64,000 nucleotides of DNA, taken from Octopus bimaculoides (taxonomy: Eukaryota). The translations under genes and the position numbers were made by a program. Shown here piece by piece: positions 1-13,900 of the stretch. Position 1 is the first letter of the stretch, and the number at the start of each line of letters is the position of its first letter. Under the pieces are notes generated by a model. That model was not told the DNA's origin, did no database searches, and saw nothing but the letters and a program-made list of their open reading frames with translations. The stretch spans positions 20,290,862 through 20,354,861 of the forward strand of contig NC_068984.1 of assembly GCF_001194135.2 (NCBI RefSeq), in the 5' to 3' direction.

Positions 1-221
1 TCTCTGAATACCTTATTATTTTTTCTAATATATAATACCTGTACATTACCTCCAAACCTTCTAATATATATATATATATACATACACACATACACATACA
101 TACACACATGCCTGCACTACTTAAGATCTACTTTATAGTCCATAAATAATAACCAGTAAGTTTTGGGCTGTTGAATCACTAAAGAAGAAATAAATTAGCT
201 AATCAATGAAAGTTTACATAC

Positions 222-274
222 CCATCATGATTCTGTTGGTCAATAGCAATACATTCCCTGGCACATTGCTCTGC
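222..274 (-). CDS. CFAP70: CFAP70 coding exon 19 ([17 protein letters not shown])
   Basis: ttataag acceptor, GTATGT donor, phase 0 to 2; the gene continues left of the window. Confidence 0.88.
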
Positions 275-3200
275 CTTATAATCAAAAGAAATTAGATCTG
301 TTAATTTATCAGATAGAAATTATTCTGACACAAGTTCAAAATCTTATGAGAGAAAAAATATTCAGCAACAGTTTGATCTAGAGATGGGTGGCCAACACTG
401 GATTGAAAAAAGAATGGACATCACATTATACATTAAGATTAGGTAAGGTGTTATTAATTTTTTCCAGTTTCTACCTAATATTACAATATATTTTAACTAT
501 TTATCTCTATAAGAAAATGAAGATTTCAACTTGAAAAATGTATACAGCCGATAGGCCACTTACTGTGGTACCTGTTTGGAGATAACAACTTTTATAGACA
601 TACTGTTATCTCAGAACAAATAGTGCAATTGCTGGCCTATCAATACGGTGTATACATTGAGTATGGTTGCTAGATGGCTATTTTAATTTAAATCATTTTT
701 GCCAGAGAGAAAATATTATTTTAAGAAGTTTCTCTCTCACTTTCCTTTTACCATGAGAACCTGTCCAAGAATTAAAGTTATGTTCAGTGTCATTACTTCT
801 TAATTTGAGTAGTAACACTGTCAAAAAAAAAAAAAAAAAAGGAAGAAATCCACAACAACAATATTAATAGCATCGAAACCAATGATGGCAACAGTATTAT
901 TATTGGAAATAATAAATCCAATTGGACTTCATATTATATAAATGAATTATAACATTTAATTAGATTGACAAAGGCTGTCCAAAAAGAAACCAAACTTTTA
1001 AAATAGTATGATAACTTGCCAGTGAGTGTATTTGGCTATAGTACTGTGTATTTTTTCTATTTCACTAGCCATGTATAAAATTAAATATAAAAGGTTGCAT
1101 AAAAAATGGTATGATTCACTATTTACAAAGAAGAGAATAAAAATTTCTTAGGAATGGAATGAAGTAATTCATTATTGAGAATGTGCTATTCAGGCTAGTG
1201 AGGCCATCAAGAAGGCTTATAGTAAAAAACAATCATCCTTTTCATTGACAGCCTGTAAGAGGAGCACTTTATGCAAAGTCATTTTTTTTCAAAATTTCAT
1301 TTACAAATTCTGAAATATGTTTTTAATGTTACTATAAATGGTATAGTCAAACTTGACTTTCAGTCTAATATTAATCATGTCATAGCATGCCAATTGTCAG
1401 TCTCTAAGTGCTAGATGTATTGTTTAATACACTTGGTGATTTATTACAAGTCAAACAATGAACTTGGAGGAACAACCTGTTTGTGTAAAATACGGTTTCA
1501 AATTAAGGAAAACTTTTAAAGAGACTTTTCTAATGTTATAATTATAGGGAGAACAACATTATGTGTCCTTCTATAAGGAAGATTACTTGAGTCATTCATA
1601 TATCACAAGTAGTACCAGCTTTTCAAATCAGGAAGAACATCTACTAAAGATGATCCCAATTTAAAAGGACCTTCCACAATAATTGTCAACCACATTGGGA
1701 AAATGCATGCTGTGATCCATGAAGATCATCACCTGTCTGTCTGTGGAATTTCTAAGAACTTCTCTAAAAGTCTGTTACTTATGATTTTTTGAGAAAAAAA
1801 AAAATGAATTGTAACTAGTTTGTTAAGAAAATCTCTATAAGAGACAAAAGCAGTCTCTATACTGAGAAGTAATGTTTATTGCCACCTAAACATGGTTGTT
1901 TTCTAAGAACAAACAATCCTGCTATTTTAACCTCGGGAGGATGCCTCTCCCAGCTGGTTATTCAGTGCACTCCGCACTCGATGTATACTGCAAGCAGAGA
2001 GATGACTCCCTACTATTCCAGCTATTGAGGCTGTGCGGTTTCAACGTTATCATGGTCATCCCTAGTGATGGACACCGGTCTGCTTGTCAAAGCAGTTGTT
2101 CATCCCAGCTTGCAATATACAGAAAATAAGTGACACACAGCCACTGATCTTGCAACAAGTAAACTAACTTGTTAAGAAAATCTCTATAAGAGATAAAAGT
2201 AGTATATATAGTGAGAAGTAATGTTTATCACCACCTAAACATGGATGTTCTCTAAAATGAATTGTGTTGCTGCAAAATGATGAGAAAGAAAACCGATTTA
2301 CAGTCAGTTAGGAGCTATTTGGTTGCTTGAATGCTGGTAATAATTTTCTGATAAATGTTGTAACATGTGGTGACCAAATGTGATTGTATAGCTATAACGA
2401 TGAATAAGATGATAATCAATATGGGTTGATTGTCATTACTGTGACCATGTCATCCAATTGTGATGGGGATGTTGATTATCATTTTTATATTGGATGGGCA
2501 TTGTTCATCAGGAATTTGTTCTATATGGTAGACAATCAAAAAAGAGGTTTACTTGAATGTCCTGAGACGTTTGAAAGAGAAAGTGTAAAAGAAGGAAAAG
2601 AAAATATGGATGTTGCACCAGAAAAAGGCAGCTGCTCAAGTGTCACTGCTTCTCTCTTTTTGGAAAAGCACAAGTTGAGTCTTATCCTCTAGCCACCCTA
2701 TTATTTAGATTTGGTGCCTGTGGATATTTTTCATGTACCCTGAAAGGTTGCTGATTTCAGATCATAGAAAAGACTGAAGAGAAAATATTCACTATGAGAA
2801 GAGTGTACTACATATGGAAAGATATTCCAGGACATTTCCAAAACTGGGAAAAAAAAATGGAGGAACAGTGGATTAAGAAATGAAAGAACTATTTTGAAGG
2901 GGACAAGTCTGATTAAATTGTAATTGTCTTTTTTAAAGTGTTGGTTTCTCTTTGGACTAACCTCATATATTTGTTAATCCTACCTTGTCATAATCCAAGC
3001 AGCCCAAGCAGAATATTGCATAATCTATCCAATGCTGTGGATGATTTCTGTCTTTGATTATGCACTGAAAATATAAATTTCAAATATTATTTCCTTCTTA
3101 CAAAGATGCATAATTGACCAATAAATACAGCACAGCAGAGAGACAAATAAATAAACAGATGGCCAGCTGAATGGATAAAGAGATGAATATAGAAATAACA

Positions 3201-4911
3201 AAAGAACAATAGGTCAAACTAACAAAAAGAAATATTGGATCAAAAACTAACAATAAAATAATTTAAATAATTATTGGACCTTTTGATTGTAGAAAGATTG
3301 GATATTAACTTAGGCCTTATTATGAGAGTTACGGTATTTAGAATAGATAAAATAACACATACCTCTTCATGATATTTAGAAGCTAAGGTCATATTTCCAT
3401 TCATTTCTGCCTCTTCTGCAAACTGTTTTAGCTGAATTGTATCTGCCAATGGTTCAGGGACAGAAGGTTGATCTTGTATATTAAGGAATTTATTGATGGC
3501 TATATTCATCTCGTCCACAAGGAAGATGTACAATTCACTGAGAAACTCCTTGAAAAAATGTTATATTACCTTTATAATACATCAAATACAAAAACAAACA
3601 TTTTGAGGTAAAACAGTCGACTTTACTAGACATCTATATCCAATGAGGAACTACTAGTGCAGCTAGGGGTGGGGGGAAATACAGGTGATCCGCCCCAGGC
3701 AGCACTTTTAAAGGAGCATCACTGTTGGGTCTGCTGTAGGCATTATGCATTTTTTGTGGGGTCCAGGGGTGGCAAACAGAAGGGCTGGCAAGGGCAGCAC
3801 ACACTCTAGCTATGCTAGTGTGAGGAACATAGAGAGTATTCATAATCTCTTTTTTTTTTCTTTCTTTCCAGCTGGGGAAGCCATTTATCATCTCTTCAGT
3901 AAAATACCTGCTCCTATCTCTCAATCATATTTTAACCTCTCAACAACTGACATAAAGCCACCACCCTTAATACTACACTCTCACTTAGTTAAAGGGTTTT
4001 ATTCTGTGAGTTACTTGTTGATCTGGCTAGTGCCTGAATCATGAAAAAAGCATCCAGTACACCTTGTAAAATGGTGTTAGGAAGGGCATCCAGTCACAGA
4101 AACCATGCCAAAGCAGACATTGGAGCTCAGAGCAATCTTTTGATTCATCAGTCTCTGTTGAACCATCCAATATATGGCAGCATAGAAAATGGATATTAAA
4201 TAACGATGATGATTATATTATAACACGTAACATTTATAACATTTTATATTATTTACTGAACCTGAAATCATATAGTCTCGAAGTCATCTTCTTAACCATA
4301 CAATCATTTTCTTTTGTTAATCATTAGAAATATTTAATCTTCAGAAGCATTTAATGAAAATAACTTGCAAATATTTCAAACTAAATTTTAATTATTTTCT
4401 TTCCTTTGTCCTGGTAAATCTGTTTTACCCATACTTCTACCATTTTAATTTTCTGTAAGATTTGTTTCTTTCCATCTGGCTACCACTCATACAATGTCTA
4501 GCTTCATGAGCCTAATACCAACCACCTTAGAGACCTATAAATTTCCGGAGCTCCTTCATTTATGCTTTCATATTTCCTCAAAGTTTTAATGACAATTGAA
4601 ACTAAACATTAATCAAATCAAGTTATGAAAATGGTGATAAATAAGGTAAGTAATTCATTTTGTTATCATTAAGCACTATTGACTAAACATATGGAAGTAT
4701 TTGAGCTTAATGTTGCCAACTAACAAAACACTTGTTTATTACACAATTAATTACAGGTGCAGGTTTGGCTGTGTTGTTGGAAAGCTTGTTTACTGACCAT
4801 CTGGGTTCAGTTCCACACTGTGCTACACCTTCGGCATGTGTCTTCTGCTATAGCCACAGAATGACCAAAGCCTTGTGAGTGGATTTAGTAGACAGAAACT
4901 GGAAGAAATCC

Positions 4912-4959
<48 letters not shown>

Positions 4960-7900
4960 TGTGCATGCATGCACGCATGTGTGGGTATTCTTGTCTAGAC
5001 ATCATGTGATGTTTTTAAGTGAGCTTCCTTGTCATCCAAGCAATGTTGTTCATTTCCAGTCTTCCATGAAAAACATGGACCATGGGAAAATATTACCTTG
5101 CTCAGAAACAGGTGAGGGTTGGCATCAAGAAGGGTATCTGGCTGTAGAAGATCTGCCTCAACAAATTCTATCTGACCCAAGCGAATATGGAAAGTGAACG
5201 TTATTATTATTATTATGACGATGATGATGACAATGACAATGATGATGATACTTCATTATAGCAATTGTGTATGTGCCCCAACATACTATTTATTTCCGGC
5301 AATGAGAACTGGTCTGGAAAGAGTTTAGCATCTTAGAAAATTACAGGAACAATGGAAGAACATAACTTGTCAATCCCTCAGTCATTAGACAGGAACTCTA
5401 TTGATTTATGTCAATTAAATCAATACTCCAAGCATAATGTAAAAAAATAAAAAGTTAAAATAATTCTGTGCTATTGTACCTGTAATTTCTCTTTATCATC
5501 AAAATCATTTGTTTTGAGATATTTTTCCCGGACAATTTTAACAACAGCATGTTTCAGACGCTCTTTGTAGGTGAAGTATTTACCAGAAGTGTTCAAGTGA
5601 AATAACAATCTCTGTTTCCTAGAATCAATAAAAATATATGGTTTAGACTGGATAAAACTTGATAACAACAAGAAAGTAAAAGTGCTTAATTTAAACTTTA
5701 GCTAAATGTTTACTTAAATGAGATGTGCAACAGCTGTATAACAAAAGCTAAGCTACTTTAGTTTCAAATTTTAAATTGTAACTTTATGTTGACAACTTCA
5801 TTTCTATATCCTCTAAAATGATGAACTTAAGAAGGTCAGGTACTGTAAATCAATGTTAACATCATCATCATCATCATCATCGTTTAACGTCCACCTTCCA
5901 TGCTAGCATGGGTTGGACGAGTTGGACGATTTGACTGAGGACTGGCGAACCAGATGGCTACACCAGGCTCCAATCTGATTTGGCCGAGTTTCTACAGCTG
6001 GATGCCCTTCCTAACGCCAACCACTCCGAGAGTGTAGTGGGTGCTTTTACGTGTCACGGGCACGAAGGCCAGTCAGGTGGTACTGGCAACGGCCACGCTC
6101 AAAATGGTGTATTTTATGTGCCACCTGCACAGGAGCCAGTCCAGCAGCACTGGCAACGACCTCGCTTGAATGTTTTTTCACGTGCCAGTAAGGCAACGCT
6201 GGTAATGATCACGCTCAACTGGTGCTATTTACGTGCCACTGGCATGGAAGCCAGACAGCTGCTCTGGCAACTTTATATATAAAATATTAAAATATACACC
6301 AGATGTGCTTCAGTAAAATATGTAATATTACCAGCTTTTTATGCTTATATATTGTTACTACAGTTTGTAGGATTTACATCCCTGTAACTTAGCAGTTTGG
6401 CAAAAGGAATCGATAAAATAAGTACCAGGCCTTAAAAAGACAAAGTATGGGGTCGATTCATTCAACTAAAAGTCCTTCAAGGCAGTGCCCCAGCATGGCC
6501 ACAGTCTAATGACAGAAACAAGTAAAAGATAAAAGATATATATTATATATATACACACATAAATATTGAACAATGAGAATGAGTGTTCAACACCACATTG
6601 ATAGATAAATATTGTTTATTTATGTATTAAAGCTACTTTTGGTTTCATGTTAAGCAATACCTCAACAATTAATCAAGCCTTTCATATATATAGGGTGAGT
6701 GGAAAGTAACTAGGCATTAGAAATTGCTTATAGAATTTTTAGTATCACTGAAGTCATGATGAAAACATTTTTTATCCAGACAACACTAATGAGGATTTTT
6801 TATTTTCTAATTGTCCTATTTCTTATTTTCCAGATGGGCAGTTGTTCAGGAGTGAGCTAAGATAGCAGTATGCTATGAAATGTGAAATTCCATTGTTTTG
6901 GTTCAGAGATGGTAGCATGCATGAAAAGGTAAGCATACAACACTAGATCCAGAGACAACAAAAAGTTGTCATGCAAAGCTGATGACCACAGGCTCTGTGA
7001 ACGATGCAAGAAGTGGCTGTCCAACCACATCCCAATCAGCAGAGAACATAGCAACAGTGCAGCAAATGTTTAATCGCAGCCTGCAAAAATCAACACATCA
7101 AGCAACTCGTGAAAGTAGACTAACAAGACACACAATATGTACGGTGTTGCCTAAAGAATTGAATTTTCATCCATGGAAACCTCATAACACGCAGGAGCTA
7201 AAACCTGAAGACTGTGACCACAGAAGTCCAGATCTCACTTCATGTGATTTTTACCTGTGGGGTTACACAAAAGAGGAGGTGTACAAAACAAAACCTGGAG
7301 GACCTGGAGACACGGACTCAGGAGGTTTTCAATGATATCCCAGACAATATCCTTCAGAAGGTTGTTCATTCCATCCCTGGCTCTTTGAAGAAACTGACTG
7401 GTGCCACCAGTACCACAGAGTGGACTCAGTGTTTTCTACATGGTACTAGCACAGCAAGGTCAGTTTTGGCTTAGTTTTTACAGATGGATACCCTTCCAAA
7501 TGCCAACCACTTCCCAGTGAGGACTGGATGCTTTTTACATGGCACCAGCACCAGCAGGATCACCAAGTAACGTGCAAGACAAGGAATTATGAGAGGGGAG
7601 GGGGCATTGGAGGAGGTGATCTTGTGTCAGATGATGAAAGGTTAGAATGTGATAGAGAAACAGAGGGGCAGAAAGAGGTGTCTTGCTATAGCAGAGGTAC
7701 ATGGTTACCTGGAGAGGGGAGGGAGCACACACACTTTCCTTTTTCTTACCTTTCTTCCATTTCATCTTCATTTGGTTTTTTGTCTGTATCAATTTCATCT
7801 TTAAATTGGTGCCTTGAAGTGAAGAATAATAAAATAAATAGAATAATGAGAATAATGATGAATTTAGGAAAAATAAATCAAAGATAACCTTTTTTTTCTA

Positions 7901-10900
7901 TAGTCAAATAGTATGTTTTTATCATTTGTAATTTAAAATTTTTTTACAAACTGAAATGAAATTGCAGCCTATTTTAAATATGGCTAACTGAGATAAAAGA
8001 TGCATGTGCATATTAGATGCACTCTAGTTTCGGCAGTGCTTATTCCAGAAAATAGTTTTCAATGCATTAAAGTATAAAGCACAGGTGCAACTTTACATTT
8101 AGGGGTATATTTGGGGGGATTTTTTTTTTTGAAAAACAAAAAATGCATCTTATATAGGTGCAAGCATGGCTGTGTAGTAAGAAGTTTGCTTTCCAACAAA
8201 ATGGTTCTGGGTTCAGTCCTACTGGGCAAGTCCTACTTGGGCAAGCATCTTCTACTGTAGCCTTGGGCCAACTAAAGCTTTGTGAGTGAATTTGGTAGAA
8301 ACTGAAAGAAGCTCATTGTGTGTGTGTGTGTGTTTTTGTCTCCCACCACCACTTGACAATTGGTGTTGGTGTATTTATGTCCCTGTAAATTAGTGGCCCT
8401 GCAAACGATAGAATAAGTAGCAGAACAAACAAAGTACTGTGGACAATTCATTCAACTAAATTACTCCAAGATGGTGCTCCATCATGGCTGCAGTCTAATT
8501 AATGAAGCAAGTAAAGATAGAAGATTATATGCTATCAAATGTGGTGGTTTTTAACCTTTTCTCAGCTTTTCAAAAGCGAGGGTGACCCAACATGAGTATA
8601 AAATATTTGATCTGCAATCAGGTGTTAGAAAAAAATGATATGGTTGCACCTGGAGTGCCTTTGATCATAGACCTGCTAAACCAGTTTTAACTTGTACTAA
8701 AAAACAGTAACAATAACAAACAACACAGTTGTTTAAATGAGCTCATAAGATAAGCTGTGACTACTGACTCAGACATTTGCAAAAACATTGTTTTGCACAA
8801 CTCCTCAGAATACCATTTACTTCTTTTGCTGTCTTCTTTGCTCACCTAAATTCATCAAGGACTTGTTCAGTTACACATTCAATTTGTTTATGGAAGTCAG
8901 ATACAGCCTAGAACAAATCCATTAAGAAATATTATAAGTAAAAATACATTCTGCAGATATTAACTTTATTCTCTCTTATACTTTTAAATGTAAAATTTTA
9001 GGTTATTTTATTAATAATATTGATCAAGAGACTTATTAGAAGTTCTTCAATATAAACAATGTCAATAATTCTTATAGTACAACAAAATTTTTTACAGTAT
9101 AACAATCTCTGATAGAAAGTTAATATAAAGGTACATAATGTAAGAGTACTGTGAAGGAAAAAAAACCACAGGAAGGGAATGTGACAGCAAATAAACCATA
9201 GTCATGTACCTGAAATAACTCCTATTTAAAATTTAAAAAAAAACTATATCATTGACACCAACAGCAAAAAATATGTCTACTAAGTGTTTGTTTTGATGGT
9301 GTAGATAACCTTAGCCACAGCTAAAGAAAGGTCTCTCTTATTGACCAACATGAAACTGCTTGCCTACAGTCTCCAGCCTTTGGTCCACAGATGTGCTCTC
9401 CTCTCTCCACTCTTCTAATATTAATATAGTGGCTTCTTCTACATGGAGCTGGCTTGTCTCACAAGGGTGGGCTGACTATGAAAGAGTGATGTTAGAGCTG
9501 TGAAATCTTGCATGCATTTTAATTTCAACTCTTTTCATTAATAACTGCATTGTTTCTTTCCTGGAAAGCTGACACCTGACTATCCAAAGAAGACTTCAAA
9601 AGAAACTAGTAGTGACTTTTCTTGAAAATCAACAAAATTTGGCATTGTGGTGTTATCAAGTACCTGATTCATTCATGTTGACAATCCTAGCTTTATCAAT
9701 AGTGCAAACGTGGGTAGCTGAACTTATGAGGGGAAGGGAGAGTCTTGAAGATGATCCATGTTCTGGATGTCCTGCAACTGCCACCACCAAGGAAAACATT
9801 CATTGTGTTCACTACATGGTGATGGATGCCAAGTGATTGACTATAAATCAAATAACCAATGCAATAAGCATATTCCATGAGAGAGTTGAGAATACTCTGC
9901 ACAATGAACTTGGTATGACAAACGTTTCTTCTACTCAGTGGGTGCCCATGTTTTCTGACATCTGATCATGCATGCACCAGGTTGATCACATCACAAGAAA
10001 ATTTGACATTGTTTGAGACAGGGCTAGCTGGTTTCCTTGAACATGTCCTAACCCAGGATGATTGTTGGCTTCATCACTTTGAGCCAGAAACAAAGAGACA
10101 ATCCATGCAGTGGAAACACCCCTCCCCACCTGTTTCAAAGAAGGCCAAGATCGTTTCATCATCTGCAAGAAGGTAATGGCCTCAGTTTAAAAGGCATTGT
10201 GTTTATTGACTATCTTCAAAAAGGCCCTACCATCATTGGAGAGGACTATGTCAACTTGTTGAGATAGTTACAAAAAGCTATCACGACCAAACACCCAGGA
10301 AAACTAAGTCCTTGGTTTCAATGGCTGCTGTGTGTGACTGTGGCTTTGAACTGGTTGATCACTGTCCCCATTTTCCTGATTTGGTCCCATCTGGCTATCG
10401 TCTGTTTCCCAATATGAAAAAACACTTGGCTGGGAACCAGTATTGCAGTGATGATAACATCATATCTGTTGTTAATGACATTTTTAACTAACAGGATAAA
10501 AACCTTCCTCACCAATGGGATCCAAGTATTGCAACACTGATTGAAAAAGTATGTGGACCACAATGGGAACTATGTTGAAAAACAAACCTCAGTTAACCCT
10601 CGTACGTTACCTTCACTTGGGCACTCTGGGATCATTTGTCTCTTCCCCTCTCATCATCAATACTGTGTCCCTCTCCCTCAAGCCTCACACTAACTGCTAT
10701 GCCAAGTTTTGCCCACTAGAATGTTGGCTCTTAGGAATTCTCTCCCCGCCCATGTTTTTTCTGCAACTATCATCTTTTGATTGTTCAAGGGGATTATTAA
10801 CTGTTCTGTCTCATCAGTCTTGGAGGCCTGCAAAGGTAATAGGTACAGCCCTTTCTTCCAGACCAAACCAATATTAAAAAAAAGACAGGAATAAAAGCAA

Positions 10901-13900
10901 AGTAAAAATCATCAATCAGATTTAGCATACTAGTTACTTACTCCTTCACTATAGGATACACTTTAGGTACAGGACATATAATAATGAAAATGGCAAGTAA
11001 TATAGTTCAGATATCAAGTGAAAGTGAAACTTACCCTCTCAGTGCCACCTAATCTTTTTGGAAACATAGGTCGAGGTGGAATATAAGTTTCCACCCTGAA
11101 ACAAGAAAATATAAAATTTAAATAAATTATTTAAGATATTCTAAAATGCCAAGCTCAACTTCCACCAAGTAATAACTTTCACACTGTCACCACAACCCAT
11201 TGGTTGTCGTTATCTTTATAAGGTCCCAGCTTTAATTCCTAGTTTAAGCCATTTTGCCTTCATTTATATTGCTTAGACTCTCAACAAAACAATGGTTGTT
11301 ACACAATCAAATATGCCATAACTAACCCATTTGTTTGAAGCCCCAGTAGTCATAGGTGTACAGCTATGAGGAACATTCATAAAACATTGACTATTTATTT
11401 AAGCCAGTTATTTAAACCATTACTTTATATATTGTTGCTTGATTTGCAAGATAAACAGTTAAATCCTTCTCAATTTCAGTTCTGATAATTTTATATAAAA
11501 GATTAGCACAGTGGTTCTCAATATTTATGACTTTGGTGTACATTGGAGAGCAAATAACAGAAAAAAAAGATACATTTCATGTTGTACATTAGATAAAAAT
11601 ATTTTAAATCTAAAAATTAAAAAAAAATATACATAAAAAAACTCTGTTTTTTAATTTATTTTATGTACAACACAGCATAATATAAAAGAACTGAAATGAA
11701 TTTGAACATCATAAAGCTTCACTGTGTGAGAATTACAAATATAAACACATTCTTTCTATGTTACTCATGTGTGAAAAAAAAAAGGTGGGAGAGTATCTCT
11801 TGGAAAATGCAATTTTTCAATTGCATTTTTATAAATCAGAGGCACATCTAAATACCCCTTGCAGTGCACCATTTAAGAACTACTAGTTAGAGCAAGTTTT
11901 TTTAGAGAGAGACTAGTGGAAGTTACTTTAAGCAAGACAAAATTTAATGTAAGCAGCATGTTAGTTATTAAAAAAGAAACAAAGTTCATTATTAACAACC
12001 CATATCAATATGCTAAACATTTGTTTACTGAAAGTAAGAGAGGAAGATAGGATTGTACTAACAAAAAGCTCGAACACTATCTCAAAGGGACATACAGTAA
12101 TGCTGATAGAAATAAAGTACTCCCAGAAATGCTTGGGCTGAAGAAACCACCTGAACCAAAGGTACCATTCAGTTTGAGTGACATCAGACAGAAAGAAATT
12201 GATGAGTTCATTAGAAAAGCAAGAGCAAAAAGATCACCAGGGAATGACAGAGTTAGCTACAAGATTTATAAGTATTGCCCGAAATTGCATTTACAACTAT
12301 TTGCACTGATAAGGGAAATGTGGAAGAAGAAAGACGTAGTAGAGCAATGGTGTATAGCTGAAGGTATCTATTTACCTAAAGAGAAGGAGGCAAAAACAAC
12401 TAGGGCAATCCAGACCTGTTTCACTATTAAATACTGATGAGAAAATCATGTTTGGAATCATTGCCAGGCAAATCATAAGATTCATACAGCATAACAGATA
12501 TGTTAAAGAAGCAATCCAAAAGGCTGGAAAGCTATCAACTGTGCAAAACAACTGTAGAAAAACCTGTACATTGTATGGCTAGATCTTGCCAATGCATATG
12601 GATCTGTTCCAGATGCACTAATTCAAGCAGCTATGGACTTCTTTTGGATTCCAGAAGATGCTCAATGAATGCTCATATGTTACTATGATAAATTGAGGAT
12701 GAGATTTACAGTAGGAAAGCTCACAATGGAGTGGCAACAGCTTGACGTAGGTATTGCAGTTGGATGCACAATATCAGTCATCTTATTTGTGCTAGTCATG
12801 GAGATGTTACTAAGATCAACAAACTGTGAGAAATCTGCTACAAAGACACCATTAAGAGCTTTTATGGAAGATAGTACTGTATTATCAGAAAGTAGAGAAG
12901 CATCAGATGGAACATTAGAGCAGTTGGACGAACTAATAGGATAGATGAGAATGAAATTCAAAGCCAAAAAGTCTTGAAGCATGCCTTCCATGAAAGGAGT
13001 CCAAAAAGAAGTGAAATTCAGGATAGGAGGTGAAGATATACCAATGGTGAAAGAACAACCAGTAAAGAGTCTCGGCAGATGGTATAGAGATTTACTAAAT
13101 GATAGGAAACAAGGGAAAGAAACACACGATTTAGTGGAACAGGAACTAAAGGCAATTGACAGAACAACATTACTGGGGAAATTCAAATTTGGACTGTACC
13201 CAAGGATAATGTAGCCATTGCAAATATACGAAATAGCCTTGACTAGAGTAGCAAGGATGGAACAAAGATACAGTGTGTTTATCAGAAAATGGCTTGGCCT
13301 TCCAGAACCACTGAATACAATTGCATAATATGGAAAACCCATGCTGCAATTACCGATAACGTCAATCGCCGAAGAATATAAAACAGGAAAGGCAAGGACA
13401 GTAATGATGCTAAGGTATTCAAAAGATCAGAACATCCGAAAAAAACCCTCCGAAGGTATGAACAGGGAGGAAATGGAAAGTGGAAGAGGCAGTAAACAGG
13501 GTGATCAGAAAGCTAAGGTATGCCAATATAGATGGAGTGACACAAGAAGCAAGAGCCGGTCTAGGGCTGCACAATTTCAAGCCATTTTGCATGAGCAATG
13601 TAAAAGAGATGAAAGAGGCAGTGGTACACGAAGTGAGAAAGGAGGAAGAAGAAAGGCGAAATATACATTTGGTGCCTGAGATGGGAGGAATATGTGGTCA
13701 GCCACAGAATCTCATGGAAGGAACTTTGGGCTTCAGAACAAGCAAAAACATCCTTCCTGATCAAGTCTACCTTTGACGTTTTACCTTCACCGACGAATTT
13801 AGTCTGGAAGAACATACAAACAACTGATGAATGTAGATGCAGAGAGAAAGTGACGGTGAGACATGTTCTGTCAAACTGCACTAGGCAGATATACATGGTG

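Noticed and set aside
8158-8230. SINE heads as functional tRNA genes
   Set aside because: No complete cloverleaf, and each continues directly into the SINE body.
12683-13342. 219-aa minus-strand ORF
   Set aside because: Shadow frame opposite the HERO RT; no independent coding signal.
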